NCBI GenBank assembly: GCA_031372565.1
Contig: JANMLN010000064.1
Coordinates: forward strand, 1 to 33,914
From: Gemmatimonadota bacterium
Lineage (GTDB): Bacteria > Gemmatimonadota > Gemmatimonadetes > Gemmatimonadales > Gemmatimonadaceae
Direction: 5' to 3'
DNA: 33,914 nt
In this document: in pieces, positions 19,774 to 31,702 of the stretch
How positions within the stretch are numbered: position 1 is the stretch's first letter
Layout: the number at the start of each line of letters is the position of its first letter
Notes under the pieces: model-generated
Database searches by the model: none
Seen by the model: the letters and a program-made list of their open reading frames with translations, nothing else
What the model was told of the DNA's origin: nothing
Translations under genes and position numbers: made by a program

Positions 19774-21474
19774 GTGACGACGCCTGTTTCCCCTGACGGC
19801 CAGGCTGAGGTGCGCTGGCGGTGGGCGCCGTGGGCGGTGGCGCTCGTGGCGCTGCTCGCCATGGCATCCTCGCTGGGCAACGGCTTCGCGATGGACGACG
19901 TGTCCATCGTGGAGGCGAATGCGGCGGTGCACGACGCTGCGCACTGGTGGCACCGCTTCGCGGAGTCGTATTGGCCAGACACGCGCGGAGGCGGGCTCTA
20001 CCGTCCCCTGGCCATGGTGGCCTACACGGGACTGTGGGCGGTTGGCGGGGGGAGCGCCGCACCGTTTCACGCGGCCAACGTCGTGCTGTATGTCGCGCTC
20101 TGTCTGGCGATGCTCCGGCTCTCACGCGCCCTGCTGGGCGAGACGGCGGCCGTGGTGGCCGCGCTGCTCTTCGCCGCGCACCCGGTGCACGTCGAGGCCG
20201 TGGCCAATGTGGTGGGGATGGCGGAACTGCTGGCGGCCCTGCCGATGGTGCTCGCGGTGGCGCTCTATCTGGAGTGGCGCGCGCGCGGCGACCTGACGCC
20301 ACGACAGGTCGTGGCGCTCACGGCACTCTCGGCCGTCGCGTGTTTCGGCAAGGAGAACGGCGTCATGCTCGTGCTCCTGCTCGGCGCGGCGGAACTCATC
20401 GTCATCCCTGCCACGAACGGTCGCGGGCGGCGCCTCGTGCCGCTGTTCGCCGCGCTCGCGGTCGTGGCCGTCACCTACGTGAGCGTGCGCAGCAGTGTGC
20501 TGCGGGGCATGAAGGGCGAGTTCGCCCACGTGGTGTGGGTGGTGAACTCCGGGGCCACACGTCATCTGACCATGCTCGGGGTCTCGCTGGACTGGCTGCG
20601 GCTCCTGTTGTGGCCCGCGCGCCTCGCCGCCGAGTACACGCCGCCCCATGTGGCGGTCATTACCGGGTGGGATTGGCTGCTGGTGCCCGCGCTGCTGCTG
20701 GTGTCGGGCGTCGTGAGTGTGGCTGCGCTCGGCCGACGGCGCTGGCCGGTGCCCGCATTCGCGTGTGCGTGGCTCGTGATCACGTTGCTACCGGTGAGCA
20801 ATACGCTGGTGGCAGCCGGGCTCATCCTCGGTGAGCGGACGCTGCTGATGCCGAGCGTCGCCGCGATGGTGCTGGTGGGATGGGTGCTGGAGCGCGCACT
20901 CACGCATGCGCGCGAGGCCGCGACACCGTCACCGTTGGCGCGTCCGTTGGCCGGGGTGATCGTGACGCTGCTCGTGGTCGGGGGCACGTGGCGCAGCGCC
21001 ACGCGTTCGCCCGTCTGGCGCGACAACCAGACGCTCTTCGAGCAGACCGTGCGCGATGTGCCGGACTCGTATCGCGCGCACTATCACCTGGGCGCCTGGT
21101 ATCTCGATCACGACCGGCTGAAGGAGGGCGAGCGCGAGCTGCGCCAGGCCATTGCGCTCTATCCGCTCGACTTCGAACCGGGCGGATACCTGGCGGAGGC
21201 GTATCGGAAGCACGATCTCTGCATCCCCGCGTTGCCGCTGTACCGCAAGGCGCTGGCGATCACGCCGAGCGCTGGTCTGGTCCGCGCCGGTTACGTCGTG
21301 TGTCTGATGGGCGGCGCGCAGTTCGATTCCGCACGCGCGGTGGCGCGGCGCGGGATGCGTCCGGGATGGGAGGCCGTGAGCGAGCTGGAGCGACTCATCG
21401 GCGTGGCGGACAGTCTCGAGCGTACGGGCACGATCGTCCCGCGCACGGAGCGCGAGGTTCGGCCTGGCGGCTGA
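19774..21474 (+). CDS. TMTC/TMEM260-like GT-C membrane glycosyltransferase with C-terminal TPRs
   Basis: FAMDD first-loop acidic pair, LYRPL, LLFAAHPVHVEAVA, GKENG, GERTLLMPS, VWRDNQTLF, then TPR-like helices. Confidence 0.8.
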   Translation: MTTPVSPDGQAEVRWRWAPWAVALVALLAMASSLGNGFAMDDVSIVEANAAVHDAAHWWHRFAESYWPDTRGGGLYRPLAMVAYTGLWAVGGGSAAPFHAANVVLYVALCLAMLRLSRALLGETAAVVAALLFAAHPVHVEAVANVVGMAELLAALPMVLAVALYLEWRARGDLTPRQVVALTALSAVACFGKENGVMLVLLLGAAELIVIPATNGRGRRLVPLFAALAVVAVTYVSVRSSVLRGMKGEFAHVVWVVNSGATRHLTMLGVSLDWLRLLLWPARLAAEYTPPHVAVITGWDWLLVPALLLVSGVVSVAALGRRRWPVPAFACAWLVITLLPVSNTLVAAGLILGERTLLMPSVAAMVLVGWVLERALTHAREAATPSPLARPLAGVIVTLLVVGGTWRSATRSPVWRDNQTLFEQTVRDVPDSYRAHYHLGAWYLDHDRLKEGERELRQAIALYPLDFEPGGYLAEAYRKHDLCIPALPLYRKALAITPSAGLVRAGYVVCLMGGAQFDSARAVARRGMRPGWEAVSELERLIGVADSLERTGTIVPRTEREVRPGG

Positions 21475-21511
21475 GCGCGCACGACTCGGCGCCGCACGCG
21501 CGTTGTGCCGC

Positions 21512-22306
21512 TCACTGGCAGACCATGTACTCCTTGCCGTTGACGACGGGAATTGGTGAGCCGTTGGAGTTGAACGTCATCTTGAAGGCGGCGTTCTGCC
21601 ACGACTGGCCATCCTCGGAGAAGGCGAGGACGCCGTTCTCGAAGCGCCAGCGGCCGGCGGTGCTGCCATCGCCCTGTGAGGCGACGCTCCCCGCCGAGCT
21701 GCTGGTGCTCGATTCGCGGCGCTGATTCGACGTCGCGGTGCCATCGCGCGCGAGGACAACGCGCTCTGTTCGCGACGTGCCGCTCGAGCTCGAGTAGCTC
21801 TGCGATCCGGAGAACGAGAAGGCGCACCACGCGTTGGCGGTGAGCAGCGCGATCATGCGGCGATCGAGGTCGCTGGTGCCCGTGGAGGCACTGGGCGACG
21901 GTGCCGACGAGCGTGGAGCCGCGGCAGCGGGAGCCTCGCCGGCGGCCGCCTTGGTCATGATGATCTGCTGCGCGGTGCCGAGGTTGGGAGTGCCGCCCGC
22001 CCCCGGCTCGGCCAGTACGAGGAGCAGGGTGCCGCCCTTGACCTGCGCTTGAAAGAAGAGGGTCATGCCGCGGCCGGCGATGGTGCCCGCGGCCTCATCG
22101 CCGGTGACGGTGCCCGTGACCGCAAAGCTGTTGCCGTTGCCCGAGAAGGTCCCGCCGAGCGCGCCGGGGCCCGTGGTGGTGAGCACCAGGGAGGTGGTGC
22201 CCCCCTGCTGGTTGCGCACATCCCAGCGGCCGACGAAGGGGGACTGCGCGCGCGCGGGCTGCGCGAGCACGAGGGCGAGGGCAAGGGCGGGCACGAGGGC
22301 GCGCAT
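21512..22306 (-). CDS. Secreted hypothetical protein, two beta-rich domains with Ser/Ala-rich linker
   Basis: Signal peptide MRALVPALALALVLAQPARA; FVGRW lipocalin-like start; two Cys in the C-terminal domain. Confidence 0.75.
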   Translation of the reverse strand: MRALVPALALALVLAQPARAQSPFVGRWDVRNQQGGTTSLVLTTTGPGALGGTFSGNGNSFAVTGTVTGDEAAGTIAGRGMTLFFQAQVKGGTLLLVLAEPGAGGTPNLGTAQQIIMTKAAAGEAPAAAAPRSSAPSPSASTGTSDLDRRMIALLTANAWCAFSFSGSQSYSSSSGTSRTERVVLARDGTATSNQRRESSTSSSAGSVASQGDGSTAGRWRFENGVLAFSEDGQSWQNAAFKMTFNSNGSPIPVVNGKEYMVCQ

Positions 22307-22435
22307 TCCGGGCTCCGGCGGCTCCAGGGAGGTGGCAAGTTGCGCGGGCCGCTCGAGGCGCGCAACGCGCTCGCGCATCTGGTGAGCGTGCTACTCCACC
22401 GTGCATATTTCCGGTCTCATGCTCACGCGCTCCTG

Positions 22436-25399
<2,964 letters not shown>

Positions 25400-25416
25400 G
25401 GTGTGGCCCGCGCGCG

Positions 25417-26706
25417 CTACGGGCCTGACTCCGCCACGGCACGCACTGCGCTTTCCTCGACCTCGCGCGCCTCGGCAGGCCTGAGCGTGTGCAGTGGCCC
25501 GATGCGCATGAGTTGCGGCCACGCCACCGCCACGAGTGCGGTGACGAGCACTGCCCCTGCACCACCCGCGACGACGCTCGCGACCGGCCCGAACAACGCC
25601 GCCGTTGCGCCGCTCTCGAACGCGCCGAGCTCGTTCGAGAACCCGATGAACAGGAAGTTGACCGCCGAGACGCGCCCGCGGAGCGCGTCTGGCGTGATCA
25701 CCTGTTCGAGCGTGGCGCGAATGACGACGCTCACCGTGTCGAACGCGCCGGTGAGAAAGAGGCACACGAGCGACAGCCACATCGTACGCGAGAGGCCAAA
25801 GCCGAGCGTGGCCAGGCCGAAGCCGGCGACCACGATGAGGAGGACGCGTCCAGGCTGCTGCCATGGGCGAAGTCGCGTGGCCACGAGCGCCATCGCGAGC
25901 GCACCCACGGCCGGCGCGGCGCGCAGGAAGCCGAGCCCCACGGGTCCGGTGTGCAGGATGTCCTTGGCGAAGATCGGCAGGAGCGCCACGGCGCCGCCCA
26001 GCAATACCGCAAACAGGTCGAGCGTGATCGCGGCCAGGAAGATCGGGTTGCGGCGGATGAAGGCGATGCCCGCGAACAGTTCGCGCGAGTCATGGTGTCC
26101 GGTGCTCGGCGGCGGCCGCATGGCCGGGAGTCGCGCGAGCGAGAGGACGAAGATCAGCTGGCCGAGTGCCCCCACGGCATACGCCCACGTGGCCGACCCG
26201 GTGAGACCGATGAGCAGTCCGCCGAGCGCCGGTCCGGAGATCGCCGCCACCTCGTAGGAGGATGACATCCACGCATTGGCGTTCGCGAGCTCCTCGGCCG
26301 GCACCAGCTGGGGCAGGATCGTGCCACCGGCCGGCGCGGAGAATGCGCGGGCCACACCGATGAAGACGAGACAGGCGTAGATCACCGGGACGCCCGCTCC
26401 GGTCACGGTCGCGGCAATCAGCCCGAGGCCGACCAGTGTCAGCAGGGTGTGCGCGGCCATGATGATGTTGCGGCGCGGATACCGGTCGGCGGCGTTGCCG
26501 GCGTAGAACATCAGCACGAGCACCGGCGCGATCTCGAAGGCACCCACCAGCCCGAGCGCCCAGGCGTCGTGCGTGCGCTCGTAGAGGTCCCACCCGACGG
26601 CCGTGGAGATGATCTGGTTGCCGAGCACGGCGGCGGCTCGCCCGCCGGCGTAGGCGCGGACGAGCGGGTTACGGATGCCGCGGTACGGGTCGTGCGTGGC
26701 GCTCAT
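25417..26706 (-). CDS. MFS transporter (EntS/H+ antiporter-like)
   Basis: GNAADRYPRR motif A, about 12 TM helices, TPDALRGRVSAV, SNELGAFESG; start ATG 26706. Confidence 0.9.
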   Translation of the reverse strand: MSATHDPYRGIRNPLVRAYAGGRAAAVLGNQIISTAVGWDLYERTHDAWALGLVGAFEIAPVLVLMFYAGNAADRYPRRNIIMAAHTLLTLVGLGLIAATVTGAGVPVIYACLVFIGVARAFSAPAGGTILPQLVPAEELANANAWMSSSYEVAAISGPALGGLLIGLTGSATWAYAVGALGQLIFVLSLARLPAMRPPPSTGHHDSRELFAGIAFIRRNPIFLAAITLDLFAVLLGGAVALLPIFAKDILHTGPVGLGFLRAAPAVGALAMALVATRLRPWQQPGRVLLIVVAGFGLATLGFGLSRTMWLSLVCLFLTGAFDTVSVVIRATLEQVITPDALRGRVSAVNFLFIGFSNELGAFESGATAALFGPVASVVAGGAGAVLVTALVAVAWPQLMRIGPLHTLRPAEAREVEESAVRAVAESGP

Positions 26707-26990
26707 GGTGCGGGCGGGGCCGTGCGGAGCCGTCAGGGTGGGGACGCCGCGAGAAGTTACCAACGGCGCCGCCGTCGCGAGCGGCTGCGCGCCGAACTGA
26801 CCGCGCCCACGCGACCATCCGGTCATGCGGCTCGGCCGGGGTGCCGCATGGGCACGCCACACTTGACGCCATATGTGCGGTCGCGAGCTTTCATCGCAGC
26901 GCGCATCGTCGTGGAACAGCCTCGACCCGCGACGATCAGGCGTGACGCGACCGACGACGATGTCGGCCGTTCCCCCCTCCGCTCCATTCC

Positions 26991-29795
26991 GTGGCCGTGA
27001 ACGAACCGCAGCAGCCGTCGCCGTGCCCCAACTGCGGGTCGTCCGTGGCGCCCGGTGCACGCTTCTGCCAGAGCTGCGGACTGTCGTTCACGAATGCCGT
27101 GGCTGCGACGCCGCCGTCCGGGCAGCCCGTGTACGGCGCTGCGGTGGGCGCGGCTCCTTCGTCGCCCGCCGCGGGCTCGAGCACACCGCCAGCGTCGCCT
27201 CCGGGAGTGCCGAGCGGCGGTCGCGCCGAGGACGCCGCCCTGGCGGAGCTCCAGCGGGCGCTCGCGGGCCGCTACGCCGTCGAGCGCGAGTTGGGGCGCG
27301 GCGGCATGGCCACGGTCTACCTCGCCACCGACGTCAAGCACGAGCGACAGGTGGCGATCAAGGTGTTGCTGCCCGACCTGTCGGCGTCGATCGGTGCCGA
27401 ACGGTTCGAGCGCGAGATACGCGTCGCGGCCAAGCTGCAGCATCCGAACATCCTCGGCCTGTTCGATTCCGGCGTGTCGGACGGGCTGGTGTACTACGTG
27501 ATGCCGTTCATCAGCGGCGAGTCGTTGCGTGCGCGGTTGGACCGCGAGGGGATGCTGCCGGTGGACGATGCCGTCGCGATCGCGCTCGAGGTCGGCGACG
27601 CGCTCGGTTACGCGCACGAGCAGGGGATCGTGCATCGCGACATCAAGCCCGAGAACATCCTGCTGCAGAACGGACACGCGCTGGTCGCGGACTTCGGCAT
27701 TGCGCGCGCCGTGAGCGAAGTGGGGGCGCAAAAGTTGACGCAGACCGGCATGGCGGTTGGCACGCCGGTCTACATGGCGCCCGAGCAGAGCATGGGCGAA
27801 GTGGTGGGGCCGACGGCGGACCTCTACAGCCTCGGCTGCATGCTGTACGAAATGCTGGCCGGCGAGCCTCCGTTCACCGGGCGGAACGCCTCCCAGATCA
27901 TGGCGCGCCACGCCATGGAAGGGGTGCCGAGCATCCGCATTGTGCGCAGCTCGGTGCCGGAGGAGGTCGAGGAAGCGATTTTCGCCGCGATGGGCAAGCA
28001 GGCCGCGGACCGTCCGCAGAGTGCGGCCGCGTTTGCCGAGATCCTCGGGCTCCCTCCCGGCGGGTCGACGGCCACCATGCGCGCCATGCGGTTTACTTCG
28101 TCGCGGCGGGTGCCGACCAACACGCAGACGATGGCGGTGCCCGCGCCTGCGCCTGCGCCCAAGAAGACGCCGTGGCTGGCGATCGGCGCCGGTGTGCTGG
28201 CGCTGGCCGCCGTGGCGTTCGGTGCGAGCCGGATGATGGGGCCGAGCAACGGCTCGACGGCCGTCGCAGTGGGTCCCGAAGCGCGTCGGCTCGCGGTGCT
28301 CTATTTCAAGGATCAGAGCAAGGATGGCCATCTCGCGCCGCTGGCCGACGGATTGACGGAAGGGCTGATCCGCGCGCTGTCAGGTGCGTCGACCATCACC
28401 GTGATCACGCAGGGCGGCGTGGGGCGCTATCGCACGGGCGACGTGCCCCCCGATTCGATCGCGCGTGCGCTGCGCGTGGGCTACCTGGTGCGCGGCGAAG
28501 TGGAGCCGGATGGCGACAAGGTGCGGGTGACGCTGCGCCTCGACGATGCCAGCGGCGTGAACCTCAAGCGCGCGAGTTTCGTCGAGCCCGCCGGTGATCT
28601 GCTGGCGATGCGTGACACGCTGACCGTGGTCGCGTCCGACCTGATTCGCAAGCAGCTGAACCAGGAGATTCAGGTCAAGGTGAGCCAGGCGAGTACGTCG
28701 AGTACGACGGCGTGGCTCCTGTTGCAGCGCGGCGAGGTGGAGCGGAAGAACGCGGAACTCGCGGTCGCCAAGGGTGACACCGCCGGAATCACGCGCGCGT
28801 TCGCGGCGGCTGACTCGCTGTTTGCGCTGGCGGAGCAGGAGGATGCGCGCTGGGCTGATCCGGTCGTGGCGCGCGCAACGCTGGCCTACCGGCGGTCGCG
28901 ACTCGCGGGGCGCGATCTGAACGCGCTTCGTCAGTGGGTCAGCCTCGGGTCGGGTCACGCGGCTCGCGCACTGGCGCTCGATCCCAACAACGCCGACGGC
29001 CTCGAGGTGCGCGGCAACCTCCAGTATTTCACGTACTTGTCGGCGCCGCCCACCGACCCAGCCGCGTTCAAGGCCCTGTTGACGGGGGCCAAGGCCGACC
29101 TCGAGAAGGCGACGCAGCTCAACCGGATGCAGGCGGGGGCGTACGCGTCGCTCTCCCACCTGTACAACAACGACCCCGCGGCGACCCCGATGGACGTGTC
29201 GATTGCGGCGCAGCGCGCGCTGGAGGCCGACGAGTTCCTGTCGAACGCCGAAACGATTCTGGGGCGGCTCTTCATCGCGTCGTATGATTTGGGCCAGTTC
29301 GACAAGGCGGGGCAGTGGTGTGTGGAGGCGCGGCGGCGCTTTCCCACAGCGATCTTGGCCGTCCGGTGCCAGCTACTCCTGCTGACGGGACGCGGACAGG
29401 CGCCGGATGTGGCGCGCGCGTGGGCGTTCGCTGACTCGGTGGTGGCACTTTCGCCTCCGGCCCAGAAGGCCACGCAGCGGCTCAACGCCGACCTGCTGGT
29501 CGCCGCGGTGCTGGCACGCGCGAGCCAGGGCAAGGGGCCGCTGTCCGACAGCGCCCGGCGTGTGATCAAGCGTGCGGAGGGCGACGCGACCATCGATCCG
29601 ACTCGCCAACTGGCGCTCTTCTCGGCGATTGCCTACAGCCTCTTGGGCGACAAGACGGACGCGATCCGGATGCTCAAGGATTACTTCGCCGTGAATCCGC
29701 AAAGAGTCTCCGCGTATGCGGTCGACCCGGGCTGGCAGTTCAAGGAGCTGGTCGATGAGCCCGCGTTCAGGCAGTTGGTGGGGGGCGGCAAGTAG
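26991..29795 (+). CDS. Hanks-type Ser/Thr protein kinase with N-terminal zinc ribbon, TM helix, TolB-N-like and TPR-like domains
   Basis: CPNC...CQSC; GRGGMATV, VAIK, HRDIKPEN, DFG, GTPVYMAPE; RLAVLYF...ADGLTEGLI...LVRGEV. Start GTG 26991 or 26997. Confidence 0.93.
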   Translation: MAVNEPQQPSPCPNCGSSVAPGARFCQSCGLSFTNAVAATPPSGQPVYGAAVGAAPSSPAAGSSTPPASPPGVPSGGRAEDAALAELQRALAGRYAVERELGRGGMATVYLATDVKHERQVAIKVLLPDLSASIGAERFEREIRVAAKLQHPNILGLFDSGVSDGLVYYVMPFISGESLRARLDREGMLPVDDAVAIALEVGDALGYAHEQGIVHRDIKPENILLQNGHALVADFGIARAVSEVGAQKLTQTGMAVGTPVYMAPEQSMGEVVGPTADLYSLGCMLYEMLAGEPPFTGRNASQIMARHAMEGVPSIRIVRSSVPEEVEEAIFAAMGKQAADRPQSAAAFAEILGLPPGGSTATMRAMRFTSSRRVPTNTQTMAVPAPAPAPKKTPWLAIGAGVLALAAVAFGASRMMGPSNGSTAVAVGPEARRLAVLYFKDQSKDGHLAPLADGLTEGLIRALSGASTITVITQGGVGRYRTGDVPPDSIARALRVGYLVRGEVEPDGDKVRVTLRLDDASGVNLKRASFVEPAGDLLAMRDTLTVVASDLIRKQLNQEIQVKVSQASTSSTTAWLLLQRGEVERKNAELAVAKGDTAGITRAFAAADSLFALAEQEDARWADPVVARATLAYRRSRLAGRDLNALRQWVSLGSGHAARALALDPNNADGLEVRGNLQYFTYLSAPPTDPAAFKALLTGAKADLEKATQLNRMQAGAYASLSHLYNNDPAATPMDVSIAAQRALEADEFLSNAETILGRLFIASYDLGQFDKAGQWCVEARRRFPTAILAVRCQLLLLTGRGQAPDVARAWAFADSVVALSPPAQKATQRLNADLLVAAVLARASQGKGPLSDSARRVIKRAEGDATIDPTRQLALFSAIAYSLLGDKTDAIRMLKDYFAVNPQRVSAYAVDPGWQFKELVDEPAFRQLVGGGK

Positions 29796-29825
29796 GGCGT
29801 TCGTTGCACGACGAGCGGTCGCGAG

Positions 29826-29841
29826 AGGCGCAGTTTTTGCA
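29826..29841 (+). promoter_or_regulatory. Candidate sigma54 (-24/-12) promoter
   Basis: AGGCGCAGTTTTTGCA: GG (29827-28) - 10 nt - GC (29839-40) with TTGCA; about 100 bp upstream of AAGGAGA and ATG 29944. Confidence 0.6.
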
Positions 29842-29943
29842 CTTGAATGCGCGGCTGCCCCTCGGCCGATCGCATTCTGGACTGTTGGTGCAGACGGGCA
29901 CTCGGTGCGTGAGTTCGCAAGTCTTTGAGAATCAAGGAGATAT

Positions 29944-31416
29944 ATGGTTTCGCCTCGGCTTTGGCGTTTCGCGGCGGCCGCGCTCATCGCGCTGACCGCG
30001 CTGTCTTGCACGGATACACGCAACACAGTGTTGCCGACGGACCCCACATCGGCCGATCTCGTTGGGTCGGTTTGCCTGACACCGGCCGCGCTGAATACGC
30101 TCGCGCGACAGGTGTTCTCGGACCGAGGACCGAACTTCAACTCCGTGATCGGCAAGGTCGGCAGCATCATCAAGGCGTTGTCGCGACGCGACTCCAGAGA
30201 GGCGAAATCGCTGGCGCTCCACACGGTCGACTTCATCCTCAAGAAGCTCGGCAAGAAGAACCTGAACGCGCTGCCGACGAACGCGCAGGCGCTTGTCCGA
30301 GGCATCTTGTGTCTCGCCGGAATCACGATCGGCGAGCCGGCCAGCACGTTCCTGGTCATGCCGTCGGACCAGCCACAGGTGCTTGTCGCGGGCGACGGGC
30401 AGGCAGGAGTGTCGCTCCCCGCCTTTCCCGTGAGTGAGCCGACGCTGATCGTCGTGACAAAGATCACGACCACCTATCCGCTCGGCGGTGGCCCGCTGAT
30501 CACCAAGCTCGACCAGTACCCAGGGTATTACGAGTTCGTGAAGCAGTCGGCGACCAACGCCCCCCTGCCGCAGCCGGTCATTGTCGCGGTCTGCCCCTCG
30601 ATCACGGTGCCGGACAGTATCCGTTCCCGACTCCGTCTGGGGCATCAGGCCAGCTTCGGGTTCGAGATCACGCCGCCGGCACCCGCGAACTTTCTCTCGT
30701 GTCCGCCGTCGATCGCATCGAACAGCACCAACTCGACGTGGCTCAAGACGCTCGCGAGCCTCGTCATGCCGAAGGAGCTGTACGCGGCGAGCGCGCGGCT
30801 CGGCACTGGCGGCATCGGCGGTTCTGCGGGCGAGTTCAGCCCGTTTGGTCCGGTGGACCCCGTGCTCAGCTTTGGCGGCGGTATTGGCGGCTCGGCCGGG
30901 GAGTTCCTGAAGATCGCCCCGCCGTCGACGGCCGATACGCCACCGACGACGACGGAACCGACTACGCCGGCGCCCGGTGGCAGGGTGCGCGCCGTGCCGA
31001 GTGCGCCGCAACGGGCGCTCGTGCTCGGATCAGGGAATCCTCAGGCGGTGTTCCTTCCCTTTGACTGCTCGATCGGAAGCGCGGGGTCGGAAGTCTTCTC
31101 GCTCTGTCGGCCGATGGTCACGCTGAACACGCGCCTTGGCACGCCGTTCCAGAACGTGCCGATCTCGTGGCAGGTGACTGGTGGCGGTGGCACGATCGCG
31201 GCGCAGGACAACGCGACGTTGGCGTGCGGTCCGTTTGCGGCGGCGGTGTCGACGCTCACCGGCTCGTTCGGCAAGTCGGGGATCTGCTGGACGGTTGGCG
31301 GCGCCGTGGGCGCGAATACGGTCGTTGCCACGCCGGGTCTGGGCGGCGATGCGATCAGCGGGGTGTCGTTCTTCCCGCCGACGCAGAGCTTCACGGTGAC
31401 GGTCCCGGTGCCGTAG
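29944..31416 (+). CDS. Uncharacterised lipoprotein with C-terminal Ig-like (Big_1-like) domain
   Basis: Lipobox ALSC; AAGGAGA RBS; Pro/Thr linker; C-terminal VPISWQVTGGGGTI...WTVG...GANTVVAT Ig-like pattern. Confidence 0.75.
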   Translation: MVSPRLWRFAAAALIALTALSCTDTRNTVLPTDPTSADLVGSVCLTPAALNTLARQVFSDRGPNFNSVIGKVGSIIKALSRRDSREAKSLALHTVDFILKKLGKKNLNALPTNAQALVRGILCLAGITIGEPASTFLVMPSDQPQVLVAGDGQAGVSLPAFPVSEPTLIVVTKITTTYPLGGGPLITKLDQYPGYYEFVKQSATNAPLPQPVIVAVCPSITVPDSIRSRLRLGHQASFGFEITPPAPANFLSCPPSIASNSTNSTWLKTLASLVMPKELYAASARLGTGGIGGSAGEFSPFGPVDPVLSFGGGIGGSAGEFLKIAPPSTADTPPTTTEPTTPAPGGRVRAVPSAPQRALVLGSGNPQAVFLPFDCSIGSAGSEVFSLCRPMVTLNTRLGTPFQNVPISWQVTGGGGTIAAQDNATLACGPFAAAVSTLTGSFGKSGICWTVGGAVGANTVVATPGLGGDAISGVSFFPPTQSFTVTVPVP

Positions 31417-31441
31417 GGTCTGATCACCAAGGCACGGAGAC

Positions 31442-31484
31442 AAAACGCGGGGCCCGGCATGTGCCGGGCCCCGCGTTTGCTTTC
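31442..31484. terminator. Bidirectional intrinsic terminator
   Basis: AAACGCGGGGCCCGGCA-TG-TGCCGGGCCCCGCGTTT perfect 17-bp inverted repeat between the convergent lipoprotein gene and tRNA. Confidence 0.85.
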
Positions 31485-31490
31485 ATCCAG

Positions 31491-31563
31491 CTCCCGAGGA
31501 GGGACTCGAACCCCCGACAGGGTGATTAACAGTCACCTGCTCTACCACCTGAGCTACTCGGGA
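31491..31563 (-). tRNA. tRNA-Asn(GTT), CCA not encoded
   Basis: TCCCGAG-TAGCTCAGGTGGTAGAGCA-GGTGA-CTGTTAA-TCACC-CTGTC-GGGGGTTCGAGTCCCTC-CTCGGGA-G folds as a cloverleaf. Confidence 0.97.
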
Positions 31564-31574
31564 ATGCGAGGGGA

Positions 31575-31603
31575 ATCCTAGTCACCCGACGGCGTGCTTT
31601 CAA
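31575..31603 (-). promoter_or_regulatory. Sigma70-type promoter of tRNA-Asn
   Basis: TTGAAA (31603..31598) - 17 bp - TAGGAT (31580..31575). Confidence 0.7.
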
Positions 31604-31702
31604 CAGGGGATGGGCGGGTGTTGGCCCAAATCGAGCGTGAAGGCTGCGCCAGCATGGGGCCGGTCCGGTCGCGCCCGGCGGGTGACGAGGCGCGCTGGCC
31701 GT

